A stretch of 64,000 bases of DNA from Terriglobia bacterium (lineage in GTDB: Bacteria > Acidobacteriota > Terriglobia > 20CM-2-55-15), in the NCBI GenBank assembly GCA_965198225.1, contig CBDAOY010000009.1, positions 1,152,001-1,216,000 on the forward strand, in the 5' to 3' direction. The translations under genes and the position numbers were made by a program. A model generated the notes under the pieces. That model saw only the letters and a program-made list of their open reading frames with translations. It was not told the DNA's origin and did no database searches. Numbering within the stretch: the stretch's first letter is position 1; every line of letters starts with the position of its first letter. Shown here in pieces: positions 49,682 through 60,228 of this stretch.

Positions 49682-51298
49682 GAGTTGTGTGCGTCAAGTT
49701 CTGCAAAAAGTATTTCCGAAAAAGTCAGTTCTTGAGTGTTGATCGCCGTCGGGCCTGTGGGAATGTGGGAAAGCTGAACGTTCTTGGCGTCCTCCAAGCT
49801 TTTCCAAGCCTCAGAGGGAATCCGCGTCTTGTTGCGGATTTCCTCTGAGGCGTCATTTCCATCAGGCCTCTGCCTTTCTTTCTTTTTTGGTTCTCTTTCT
49901 TTCGCCCTTTGAAAGTTTTCCACAGAGATTCCTCGCTCCAGGATGCGCTGTAATCGACGATCGGCTTCCGAGCCGATCCTTGGGTCGGTCCGTTTTGACG
50001 CGTTCACGCGGCAGGCGTCTGACGGTGCCAGTCCTTCTTGTGTTCCTTCAACAGATCCATGTTCAAATAACGGATCGCTTCGATCCAGTTCTCGTGCATC
50101 TCGGTGGTCAGTGCCCGAATCAAACGCAGACAGCTGGCCGCGTTGGGGAATATCCGCACCACACGCGTTCGCCGCTTGATCTCTTCGTTGAGCCGTTCCA
50201 GCATATTGGTGGATTTCATGTGCTTGTGATGCTGAAGCGGCAGCGTGTAGAAGCTCAGCGTCTCGTCGATGTTGTCTTCGACCCAGTCGCAGAGTTTGGG
50301 ATATTTCTGCCCCCACTTGCTCAACCACGCCGCGAGGTCCTGCCGCGCTTCCTGGAGGTTCCGCCGATCGTAGAGCCAACGCAGTTCCTGGAGGCAATCG
50401 TCATCGCCTTTGCGCGGCAGATAATCCAATGCGTTTCGGAGAAAGTGCACGTAGCAGCGCTGCCAGATCGCTTCGGTCAGGACTTCCGCGATGGCTTTCT
50501 TCAACCCCGGATGATCGTCGGTCACCACGAACTCCACCCCGCACAGGCCGCGTTGTTTTAAACTCAGCAGCAGTTGCCGCCAACTGGTCGTGCTTTCCCG
50601 TCCCGCCAGCTCCACCGCCAACACACCGCGCCGGCCGTCCCAGTTGATTCCGATCGCGACCAGCACCGCCCGGCTCCGGATGACCCCGTCTTCGCGCACC
50701 TTCTCGTAGCGCGCATCCAAAATTAGGTACGGGTATTCTTCCTCCAATCGTCGCGTTGCAAACTTTTTCAGCTCCTTGTCCAGAGTCTGATTAATCCGGC
50801 TGATCGTGCTGGCCGAAAACGAATGTCCGCATAGTTCTTCGGTGATGGCTTTCACCTTGCGCGTTGACACGCCCTGCACGTACATCTCGGCCAAGCTGGC
50901 CACCAAGGCTTTCTCGCTGCGTTGGTAGCGTTCAAACACCTCCGTACTGAACCGGCCGGCCCGGTCCTGCGGCACGCGCAACTCCAGCTTGCCCACCCGT
51001 GTGACCAGGTCCCGTCCGTAATAGCCACTCCGATATCCGGTGCGACCCCCTGTTCGTTCACTCTTGACCGCGCCCACGACCTGGTCCATCTCCGCCTCGA
51101 GAATCTCTTGAACCACCTCCTGTACGACGCTTTTCAGCAAATCCTTTTCCTCTCCTAACAGTTCTTTCCAATCCACTCCCTTTCGCTTAATCTGAGGTCG
51201 GGCCATCGGTTCATCTCCTTCGTTTCAAAGTTGATTCGTTACCAACTTTTCGGAGATACCCTGGCCCTTTCCTATTTCAGGACCTTTTTGCAGAAACC
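49682..51298 (-). mobile_element. IS256-family element
   Basis: Left end GAGTTGTGTGCGTCAAGTTCTGCAAAAAG; right end CTTTTTGCAGAAA appears truncated; flanking CCTCAGG direct repeat (49675-49681, 51299-51305). Confidence 0.85.
50004..51206 (-). CDS. IS256-family transposase (intact)
   Basis: YRSGY, VPQDR.G.F, MYVQGVSTRKV, LDARYEKVR, WQRCYVHF, STNMLERLNEEIKRR. Confidence 0.96.
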   Translation of the reverse strand: MARPQIKRKGVDWKELLGEEKDLLKSVVQEVVQEILEAEMDQVVGAVKSERTGGRTGYRSGYYGRDLVTRVGKLELRVPQDRAGRFSTEVFERYQRSEKALVASLAEMYVQGVSTRKVKAITEELCGHSFSASTISRINQTLDKELKKFATRRLEEEYPYLILDARYEKVREDGVIRSRAVLVAIGINWDGRRGVLAVELAGRESTTSWRQLLLSLKQRGLCGVEFVVTDDHPGLKKAIAEVLTEAIWQRCYVHFLRNALDYLPRKGDDDCLQELRWLYDRRNLQEARQDLAAWLSKWGQKYPKLCDWVEDNIDETLSFYTLPLQHHKHMKSTNMLERLNEEIKRRTRVVRIFPNAASCLRLIRALTTEMHENWIEAIRYLNMDLLKEHKKDWHRQTPAA

Positions 51299-51300
51299 CC

Positions 51301-51512
51301 TCAGGGCTGGTTTGTCATCTTCGAGATATGCCGATGTACTTCCAACCAGTCGTTACCTTCCTTGTGCCAGATATACGTGAATCGCCAGGGCCCCTGCAGT
51401 AGCACGTCCCCGTCAGAATTGACCTGATTGCCGGTCCAGTACCCCGTCGTGATAGCGACGTCGCCGAAGACTGAAGTCTTGAGGTGGTCGAGTCTCAGGT
51501 GGATCAGCGTCC
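51301..51512 (-). pseudogene. 5'-truncated SnoaL/DUF4440-like gene fragment
   Basis: Manual translation: LDHLKTSVFGDVAITTGYWTGNQV...GPWRFTYIWHKEGNDWLEVHRHISKMTNQP*; no 5' half before the arm repeats. Confidence 0.65.
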
Positions 51513-51591
51513 AATGACCGGGATGGGCACAAAATTGGGCACAGTCTGTTCAAAGCGAGGTGAGCTGTGCCCCATCTTGTTGATTCTACAA

Positions 51592-51666
51592 TACGCCCGA
51601 GAGGATTCGAACCTCCGACCTCTGGTTCCGGAGACCAGCGCTCTATCCAGGCTGAGCTACAGGCGC
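51592..51666 (-). tRNA. tRNA-Arg(CCG)
   Basis: GCGCCTGTAGCTCAGCCTGGATAGAGCGCTGGTCT-CCG-GAACCAGAGGTCGGAGGTTCGAATCCTCTCGGGCGTA; cloverleaf; CCA not encoded. Confidence 0.96.
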
Positions 51667-51967
51667 GTGATCGACCTTTCTCTTGTATCGTATTTCACAA
51701 CACCTTTGCAACTGAGCTACCCGTGAGTTAACGCGGTGGTGTTGGACCCTCCGCTGCCAATCTGACACGCCGGCCCCAGCTCTGTTCAGGCTTTCCGCCA
51801 GTAAGACAGTTTCCTTTCTGAACAACGAAAAAGCGGCAACGTAAGCTCCTTCGCAAGCACTACATAATCAGCAGGTTGTGCCCCCCTGCTGTGAGGTGCT
51901 GTTGGTAGTGGGAGTGCAAGTCTGGAGTATGGGGGCCGCCGCACGAGGCCGCCGAAGGAACGCAACG

Positions 51968-53086
51968 ATGTCCGGATCAATCCAAACTGCAGAGCACATC
52001 GCTCCGGAACTCAGCAAGAAGAACTTCGAGCGATACCTGCATTCCGTTTTTGGCGCCGCCGCCGAAGTTCTGGAACTGAAACCGATGACGGTGACCGCGG
52101 ACAACGACGTCAAGCAGTATGGTTACGGAACGCCAATCAAAGTCATTTACGAGTTGGACGGGCACCGGCATTCCGCCGTCTTCGAGACCGTTCACGCGGG
52201 GCCGTATGGCCACGAGACCATGGCTGATCGCGCCCAGCTGCTGCTCTCCGGCCATGAGACCTTTTCCAGGCTGCCGTTGCACGCGCGGTCGCTGTCCGCC
52301 GGCGCTGTCAAGTTCGACGGCAATCTGGTGTCCCTGGACGACGCCGACGAGTTCTTCATCCTCGTCGAGTACGTGGAAGGAAAGGGGCATAACGAGGACT
52401 TTGTGCGGATGCGGGATAGATCCGACCTGACGAGCCTCGACCTGGCCCGCTCCGATGCGCTCTGCGACTACCTGGCGGAAATCCACCACGTCCGCCGTGT
52501 CGAACCGTCGCTCTACGAGAGAAGGATCCGGGAGCTGATCGGACATGGCGAATGCATCATGGGAATCAATGACGGCTACCCGGAGAGCCACGGGTTCATC
52601 GATCGGAAGCTGCTCGAATGCATCGAGCACCAGGCCGTCGGGTGGCGCTGGCGGTTGAAGGACTACACGCATCGCCTCCGCCAGGTCCACGGCGACTTCC
52701 ATCCGTGGAACATCATGTTTCAGGATGGAGCGGACTTCCGTGTCCTGGACCGTTCGCGCGGTGAGTGGGGCGAGGCGGCCGACGACGTTTCCTGCCTGAC
52801 GATCAACTACCTGTTCTTCTCCCTCCAGCGGAGCGGCCGTCTCGAGGGCAATTTCCAGACGCTTTTCGAGAGATTCTGGCAGCGCTATCTCGACCGGACC
52901 GGCGATCAGGAGATGCTTTCGGTCGTGGCGCCGTTTTTTGCCTTCCGGGGGCTGGTGATCGCGAGCCCGGTCTGGTATCCCAACCTCTCGGAGGACATCC
53001 GCCGGCGGATCTTCTCCTTCATCAGAAACGTGTTGGACGATGACGAATTCGATCCAAGCCGAGTCAACGCCTACTGCGAAGCGTAG
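51968..53086 (+). CDS. Aminoglycoside phosphotransferase (APH)-like kinase
   Basis: QVHGDFHPWNIMF...VLDRSRGEWGEAADD Brenner-type motif. Confidence 0.85.
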   Translation: MSGSIQTAEHIAPELSKKNFERYLHSVFGAAAEVLELKPMTVTADNDVKQYGYGTPIKVIYELDGHRHSAVFETVHAGPYGHETMADRAQLLLSGHETFSRLPLHARSLSAGAVKFDGNLVSLDDADEFFILVEYVEGKGHNEDFVRMRDRSDLTSLDLARSDALCDYLAEIHHVRRVEPSLYERRIRELIGHGECIMGINDGYPESHGFIDRKLLECIEHQAVGWRWRLKDYTHRLRQVHGDFHPWNIMFQDGADFRVLDRSRGEWGEAADDVSCLTINYLFFSLQRSGRLEGNFQTLFERFWQRYLDRTGDQEMLSVVAPFFAFRGLVIASPVWYPNLSEDIRRRIFSFIRNVLDDDEFDPSRVNAYCEA

Positions 53087-53614
53087 CCCGACCGACGCCT
53101 TCGCGGTGTGGATCACCGGGCTGCCTGCGTCCGGTAAGTCCACGATAACTGCGGCGCTCGTGGACAAGCTCCGCGATCGCGGACTTGAAGTTGTAGTCCT
53201 GGAATCCGATGTCCTGCGGCGAGTCCTGCCCCCCGGTGAATATTACGGGGACCGGGAAAGGGATGCTTTCTACGAATCGATGGTGTACATCGCGGAACTC
53301 TTCATCGGGCGGGGAATCCCTGTACTGCTCGACGCCACTGCCAACCGCTCCCGCTACCGTGAGCATGCGCGCGGCAGGATCGCGAAATTCATAGAGGTTT
53401 TCGTCGACTGTCCTCTCGAAGTCTGCGTCGAGCGAGACCCGAAGGGTATCTACCGGAAAGCGATCCGCGGTGAAGCCGATACGGTTCCGGGGCTCCAGAC
53501 CGCCTACGAACCGCCCGCGGATGCCGACATCGTCGTCTTCGGAGACGTCGAAGCCCCTGAACGGGCGGCCGATCGAATCCTGGCGAAGATCGAAGAGAAG
53601 GGTTACCTTGATGA

Positions 53615-53618
<4 letters not shown>
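53040..53618 (+). CDS. Adenylyl-sulfate kinase-like P-loop kinase
   Basis: WITGLPASGKSTI, EVFVDCPLEVCVERDPKGIY, PGLQTAYEPP. Confidence 0.85.
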
Positions 53619-54736
<1,118 letters not shown>

Positions 54737-54748
<12 letters not shown>

Positions 54749-54767
54749 TCGGTAGTCAGTAGTCAGT
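54737..54767 (+). repeat. Heptamer tandem repeat (AGTAGTC) about 4 copies
   Basis: AGTAGTCAGTAGTCGGTAGTCAGTAGTCAGT spanning the amrS stop. Confidence 0.7.
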
Positions 54768-54871
54768 TGCCTTCACGAAAGTGGTTGGCGCTGCCTTGCA
54801 ACCCCGCACCCCTGAAGAGATGCCCGCCGACGTTCCAGCCCGGTGCTATCATTTGGCGCACCGAGGTTTCC

Positions 54872-56740
54872 GTGTTGAGCTTCACCACCTCCTGGCTGGC
54901 TCTTGCTGCGTTCTGGATGCAGCTGACCACAGGCGTGTTTCCCGCGGTGGCGGCCGCGGACGATACCATCCACCTGACCTGGCAGGACGGTCGCGAGGGA
55001 GCATACGAGATTTACTACAGCCGGGCGGTCTCCGGCGAAGCGTTCGTCGCTCCAGTCAACCTTTCACGTTCCACCGGCGCCTCGGACCTTCCGCGAATCC
55101 TCGTCGATGGCAGTTCGGTATTCATCGTGTGGTCGGACAATCAGGGTGGCGCCTATCAGGTCATGATGGTCCGCTCCGATGACAGCGGCGAGACGTTCTC
55201 GGACGCGATTCGCTTGTCGGATGGGGACGAGAGTACAGGTCCGCCGCGATTAGCGGGGCAGCGTGGCCGCGTTTTCGTGGCCTGGGATCAGATCGGTGAA
55301 GTCGCGGCCGCCGTGATGCTGGCGCGGGTCGGCGAGCCGCCCCGGGACCTGTCGGCGGGCCGGGGTGGTTTTCTGCCGACGGTCGCGACCCGGGACGATC
55401 TCGTCGTGGTTGCCTGGTATACCGACACCCTGGTCAATCAGGAGGTCTATGTCGTCCGATCCGATGACGGGGGCGCGTCGTTTTCGGCGCCGGCGCAACT
55501 CTCCACCGGGCAGGAGCGGGCCTATGCCCCGAGCGTCGCGATCGACGACAATGGCGTTGTCTACATCGCCTGGCACGACCGGACGCGTGGCTTCTTCGAT
55601 ATCTTCCTGACGGTTTCCGATGACGGAGCGCGAAGCTTCGGCGAACCGCAACGCCTGTCCCGGTCCGACGATGGCGCCATCTATCCCGACCTCGTCGAGT
55701 TGCCGGAAGGCGGGGCCGCGCTGGCCTGGCTGTCGGCGGGCGCGGTGCTGCTGGCGGAAGTCTCCTCTCAGGGCGCTCTCGCTAATGAGGCCCGGCTACT
55801 GAACGTTCCCGACGATGCGGGGCCTCCCCGAATTGCGCAGACTGCCACCGGGCCCATCGTCGCCTGGGACGACATCGGACCGGTATCGCGGGAGATCTAC
55901 CTGTCGGATGGCGCACCTTCGAAAATAGCGGCGATGCCGCCTCCCGCCCTGCCGGTCGAATTCGAAGCCGTCCATGCGGGCGGAGCCGTGTATGTCCTGC
56001 AGCCGTCGAGCGGCAGTTCATCTCAGGCCGTCGTTTCTCACGGCGAAGACGGCGTCCTCGTCTCCGACACCTCGTTTGCCGAGCGGGCCGACAAACTGCG
56101 GGAGGCCATCGACAGTCTTGGAGGAGGAGCAGTCCGGTACGTGATCAACACGCATTTCCACAGTGATCACACCGACGGTAATCGCGCGTTTGCCCCGGCG
56201 CGGTTCATCTCCCACGAGAACACGCTCCGCGATCTCGCGCAGGGCCGGTCTCCGGCTCCCGATCCTCCGCTACCTGATTCGGCAATGCCCCAGGTCACTT
56301 TCGACGAGACGCTTTCGGTGTTCTTCAACGGGGAGGAGGTGCGGTTGATCCACCTGCCGGACAGCCACACCGAGGGTGACGTTGCTGTCTTTTTCACCGG
56401 CTCCAAGGTGGCTCACGTTGGGGACGTGATGCTGGCCGCAGGAGCGCTCCCCTTCACCAGCAACGTCGATGCGCTTGTGAACGCGCTGACCCGGTTGATC
56501 GACCTCCTGCCCGAAGATACCGTGATCGTTCCCGGTCACGGCTCCCTGGCCACAGTGGACGACCTCAAAGCCTACCGGGACATCGTGGTCGAAACCCGCG
56601 ACTTCGTCCTTTCGCGAGTCGCTGCCGGCCAGCCCCACGCCGACATCGTCGCAGCAATCCCCGAAGAATGGACCTCCTGGAACAGCCGCTTCATCACGGT
56701 GGAAGACTGGATCACCGAGCTCTACACCATGCTCCGTTGA
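54872..56740 (+). CDS. Exported Asp-box (BNR/sialidase-like) propeller + MBL-fold fusion
   Basis: SDDSGETFS, SDDGGASFS, SDDGARSFG Asp boxes; C-terminal NTHFHSDHTDGN, SHTEGD, GD, VPGHG. Confidence 0.82.
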   Translation: MLSFTTSWLALAAFWMQLTTGVFPAVAAADDTIHLTWQDGREGAYEIYYSRAVSGEAFVAPVNLSRSTGASDLPRILVDGSSVFIVWSDNQGGAYQVMMVRSDDSGETFSDAIRLSDGDESTGPPRLAGQRGRVFVAWDQIGEVAAAVMLARVGEPPRDLSAGRGGFLPTVATRDDLVVVAWYTDTLVNQEVYVVRSDDGGASFSAPAQLSTGQERAYAPSVAIDDNGVVYIAWHDRTRGFFDIFLTVSDDGARSFGEPQRLSRSDDGAIYPDLVELPEGGAALAWLSAGAVLLAEVSSQGALANEARLLNVPDDAGPPRIAQTATGPIVAWDDIGPVSREIYLSDGAPSKIAAMPPPALPVEFEAVHAGGAVYVLQPSSGSSSQAVVSHGEDGVLVSDTSFAERADKLREAIDSLGGGAVRYVINTHFHSDHTDGNRAFAPARFISHENTLRDLAQGRSPAPDPPLPDSAMPQVTFDETLSVFFNGEEVRLIHLPDSHTEGDVAVFFTGSKVAHVGDVMLAAGALPFTSNVDALVNALTRLIDLLPEDTVIVPGHGSLATVDDLKAYRDIVVETRDFVLSRVAAGQPHADIVAAIPEEWTSWNSRFITVEDWITELYTMLR

Positions 56741-56756
56741 CGGGAAACCGAAGACT

Positions 56757-56825
56757 TAACCACGGAGGCGGGGAGGCACCGAGGAAAGAAAAAACTTCTC
56801 CGCGCCTCTGTGCCTCCGTGGTGAA
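56757..56825. repeat. Imperfect inverted repeat with short internal repeats between convergent genes
   Basis: ACCACGGAGGCGGGGAGGCACCGAGG ... CTCCGCGCCTCTGTGCCTCCGTGGT. Confidence 0.6.
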
Positions 56826-56855
56826 TCTTCTTGCTGTTTCAGGTTGCTATGTGAC

Positions 56856-57431
56856 TCAGTCAGGTAGGGGTTCGTCGTAGCCGGAGACGAAGGTCTTGAT
56901 GTGGCCGGTGGAGAGTTCGAAGACGTGGCGTTGCTGCGTTCCGATGTCGCCCCCGTAGATGTGGATTGAAACTGTGGGCGTCTCGGTACGGTTGTAAATT
57001 CTGTGAATGTCCCGGTCCGGGGGGTAGACGTGGGCCACTGCGCCCGGACCGAACACGCCGACTGACACTTCCTCGATGTCGGCGACATCCGGGTCCGATC
57101 CATCGTCCCTCCGAAGAAATCTCGTTTCCTCTTCCATCCCTTCGTACTGTCCGATGACCCCCCAGGTGCAGTGGTCGTGTACCGGTGAACCGTTGTCCGG
57201 GCGCCACACGAAGGAGACCACTGAAAACGATCGATCCGGCGGCCGGAACAGCAGGTATTGCGAGTAGGGCTTGTCCGGGAGAGCCTGCTGAAAGTTCGGC
57301 TCCAGCCAGTCGCGATCGAGAACGAGCGTTCGAAGGAAGGGTTCGATCCGTGTGACGATGTCCGCCGGTTCCCGATGCGCACCCAGGACGCCCGCGACGC
57401 CATCGATGAATTCCGAAAACGCGTTGGACAT
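56856..57431 (-). CDS. Thiol dioxygenase (cysteine dioxygenase family, Gln-type/MDO-like)
   Basis: YSQYLL, SFVW.P...SPVHDH.TWG.IG, DIHRI, VSIHIYGGDIG. Confidence 0.88.
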   Translation of the reverse strand: MSNAFSEFIDGVAGVLGAHREPADIVTRIEPFLRTLVLDRDWLEPNFQQALPDKPYSQYLLFRPPDRSFSVVSFVWRPDNGSPVHDHCTWGVIGQYEGMEEETRFLRRDDGSDPDVADIEEVSVGVFGPGAVAHVYPPDRDIHRIYNRTETPTVSIHIYGGDIGTQQRHVFELSTGHIKTFVSGYDEPLPD

Positions 57432-57434
57432 CCT

Positions 57435-58742
57435 CTATGTCGATTCCTCAGGCCGCCGCCGCATGAAGTAGACGACGCTGCCAACGACGACCGCCACGAG
57501 GAACGCGAGAGTGTCGTCCAGATTGGTTTGGGTGTAAAGCCAAAGGCCCAGGACGACCGCCAGGATCGGAAACAGCGGGCCAAACATCAGCTGAAACGCC
57601 GGTCTGCCTTGCGACCTCTTGCGCAGAACGGGCACGGCCGCACAGGTCACCATGTAGGCGCCCAGACGTGCGACGACGCTGATCGTGGCGAGCCATACGA
57701 AAGTCCCCGACAGCGCGAGGAGCCAGACCATCAACGCGAACACCACGATCGATCCCACTGGTGTGCGGAATCTGGAATGCAGGTGTCCGAAGAATGCCGG
57801 GAATTCTCCCCGCTGGGCGAACGCGTAGGTCAGGCGGGGCCCGATCAGCATGACAGCGCTCAGGTTCCCGAAGATCGAAACCAGGGCAGCCAGGGCCATC
57901 ACGCCGCCAGCGACCGGGCCCAGGAAGTTTCGGCCGGCGTCAGCGAGCGGTCGCGCCGATTGAGTCAGGGTCGGCAGGGTGCCAACCGCAACCACCTGCA
58001 CCGCCAGGTAAATTACCGCCGCGATCACGAGCGCGTAAACGAGAGCCCATGAAATGTCTTTCTTCGGGTGTTTGGCTTCGCCCGCCGGTATGGCGGCGTA
58101 CTCGAAGCCGGTAAACGCGTAGATGAGAAGCAGCACGGCGCTGCCGAAACTGGCCGACTCCGGCACTTGAATCGTAGCGAAAGTGTCCCATTCGACGAAG
58201 AAAAGCCCGATGGTCCCGAAGGCGATCAGCGGGATGATCTTCATGATGGCAAAGGCGTCGCCGAGGTGAGCGCCCAGCACGACGCCGCGAACGTTGACGG
58301 CGGCAAGGAACCCGACGACCGCTGTGATGCCCGCAACGCGACCCCAGCCGACGTCGGCCCCCGGGACGAAGAAAGCGAAGTAGGAAATCAGCAGGTTGGA
58401 GTTTGCCGCGAACGCGCTGACACGCGCGAGCCAAATCGCCCAGCCCACCTCGAACCCGACCAGACCCCCGAACACAGAACGTGCATAAAGATAGGGCCCC
58501 CCGGTCTCGTTGAAATAACTGGCGATCTCCGCGAAGCAGAGGACGATGATGCCGACGATGGCGGCGCAAGCGACGAAGGCGATCGGACTGGCGTTGCCGA
58601 GCAGAGCGGCCACGGCCGAAGGCAGACCGAAGATTCCTGCTCCGATGATCCCGTTGACGGCCAGTGCCGTCAGGTCGCCGCGGCCCAAAGCCCGCACCAG
58701 ACCAGTTGTTCCGGACTCTACCTGTGGAGCAGGTGTCGACAC
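57435..58742 (-). CDS. APC-family amino acid permease
   Basis: NGIIGAGIF, FAE.AS...TGGPYLY, YAFTGFE, about 12 TM. Confidence 0.93.
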   Translation of the reverse strand: MSTPAPQVESGTTGLVRALGRGDLTALAVNGIIGAGIFGLPSAVAALLGNASPIAFVACAAIVGIIVLCFAEIASYFNETGGPYLYARSVFGGLVGFEVGWAIWLARVSAFAANSNLLISYFAFFVPGADVGWGRVAGITAVVGFLAAVNVRGVVLGAHLGDAFAIMKIIPLIAFGTIGLFFVEWDTFATIQVPESASFGSAVLLLIYAFTGFEYAAIPAGEAKHPKKDISWALVYALVIAAVIYLAVQVVAVGTLPTLTQSARPLADAGRNFLGPVAGGVMALAALVSIFGNLSAVMLIGPRLTYAFAQRGEFPAFFGHLHSRFRTPVGSIVVFALMVWLLALSGTFVWLATISVVARLGAYMVTCAAVPVLRKRSQGRPAFQLMFGPLFPILAVVLGLWLYTQTNLDDTLAFLVAVVVGSVVYFMRRRPEEST

Positions 58743-58785
58743 GTCCCGGAGAGCTTAGCCGAGGCGGGCAAAACCGTCAAATACG

Positions 58786-58856
58786 GTGTAGGTGCGGTCT
58801 ATGACCGCACATTCTTGCATCCCGAGCCGTTGTGCGCTCATAGAGCGCACCTACAC
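58786..58856. repeat. GTAG-family REP doublet
   Basis: Same consensus. Confidence 0.9.
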
Positions 58857-58893
58857 CGGCGGTCAATTTGACCGCCGGAAAGATGAAGGGGAA

Positions 58894-60228
58894 CTATTTC
58901 TTCTTCGCCGCCTTCTTCGCTTTCCTGGCAAACTCCGCCAGCAGGTTCTTGAGACCGGCGGGTGCTTTGAGCGAATAACGAACCTGGACCAGGGGTTTGT
59001 TGATCGTGATCAACTGGCCCAGGTCCACCGGCGTGGCGCCCAGGACCAGGTCGGCCTTGGCCTTGTTGATCGTCGATTCGAACTCGCGGATCTGCTTCGC
59101 GCCGTATCCCATCGCCGGCAGGATGTTCTTCAGGTGGGGATACTTGGCGTAGACCTTGCGGATCGAGCCAACGGCATATCGTTCGGGCCGGATCATCTTT
59201 GCACCGTGGCTCTTCGCGTAGATGGCGCCGGCGCCGTAAGCCATCTCACCGTGGGTCAATGTCGGGCCGTCTTCGACGACGATCACCTTCTTGTCCTTTA
59301 TGGATGCTTTGCCGATCGCGGTGATGTTGAGGCCGGTCTTGAAGACCTGCGCCTTCGGGTTGGCGGCCTTGATGCTCTTCCGGACTGCAGCGATCCCGGA
59401 CGCCTTGGCGGTGCCGGTCTTGCTGATCAACAGGACGTCGGCGGCCCGGAGGTTGGCTTCGCCGGGGTGGTAGCCCATCTCGTGACCGGGCCGGTGGGGA
59501 TCGACCACCGTGATGTGGAGGTCGGGAGTGTAGAAGGGCAAGTCGTTGTTGCCGCCATCCCACAGGATGACATCGGCCTCCCGCTCGGCGCGCCTCAGGA
59601 TCTTCAGGTAGTCGACGCCTGCCCAGATCACCACGCCGCGGCGCACGTAGGGTTCGTATTCTTCACGCTCCTCGATCGTCGTGTCGTATTTGGCAAAGTC
59701 TTCATACCGGGCGAAGCGCTGAACTTCCATGGCGACCAGGTCGCCGTACGGCATCGGGTGCCGGATGACGCCCACTCGCAAACCCAGGCGCATCAGGAAA
59801 TCGACCACGAACTGGCTGGTCGGACTCTTGCCCGCGCCGGTCCGTACCGCACAAACCGCGATCACGGGTTTCCGCGACTTCAGGTACATGGCGCGCGGGC
59901 CCAGCAACCGGAAGTCCGCACCGGCTGCGGCGGCGATCGAGGCGGCGTGCATCACTTCGGCGTGCGGTATGTCGGAGTAGGCATGGACGACCTGGTCGAC
60001 TTTGTACTCTCCGATCAAGTCGGTCAGCCGTTCCTCCGGGAAGATCGGGATGCCCTTTCGGTAGAGGGATCCACTGAGCTTGGCGGGATACCTGCGGTCG
60101 TCGATGTTGGGAATTTGGGTCGCCGTGAACGCTACGACGTTGTAGTCCTTGTTGTCGCGGAAGTACACGTTGAAGTTGTGGAAGTCCCGGCCGGCGGCCC
60201 CCATGATGATCACTCTTTTCCTTGCCAT
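58894..60228 (-). CDS. Cyclic 2,3-diphosphoglycerate synthetase-like P-loop protein; probable arginine synthetase (ArcE type)
   Basis: IIMGAAGRDFHNFN, AFTATQIP, AVRTGAGKS, RHPMPYG, TIEEREEYE, WDGGNND, VEDGPTLTHG. Confidence 0.8.
   Translation of the reverse strand: MARKRVIIMGAAGRDFHNFNVYFRDNKDYNVVAFTATQIPNIDDRRYPAKLSGSLYRKGIPIFPEERLTDLIGEYKVDQVVHAYSDIPHAEVMHAASIAAAAGADFRLLGPRAMYLKSRKPVIAVCAVRTGAGKSPTSQFVVDFLMRLGLRVGVIRHPMPYGDLVAMEVQRFARYEDFAKYDTTIEEREEYEPYVRRGVVIWAGVDYLKILRRAEREADVILWDGGNNDLPFYTPDLHITVVDPHRPGHEMGYHPGEANLRAADVLLISKTGTAKASGIAAVRKSIKAANPKAQVFKTGLNITAIGKASIKDKKVIVVEDGPTLTHGEMAYGAGAIYAKSHGAKMIRPERYAVGSIRKVYAKYPHLKNILPAMGYGAKQIREFESTINKAKADLVLGATPVDLGQLITINKPLVQVRYSLKAPAGLKNLLAEFARKAKKAAKKK

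Larger units (their letters stand above)
40503..51636. mobile_element. About 11-kb genomic island integrated at tRNA-Arg(CCG)
   Basis: Direct att repeats at both ends; TGGGCACA-N4-TGGGCACA pairs just inside each end (40656-40675, 51524-51543); IS and pseudogene cargo. Confidence 0.8.

Noticed and set aside
40503-51636. Prophage
   Set aside because: No capsid, terminase, tail or replication genes
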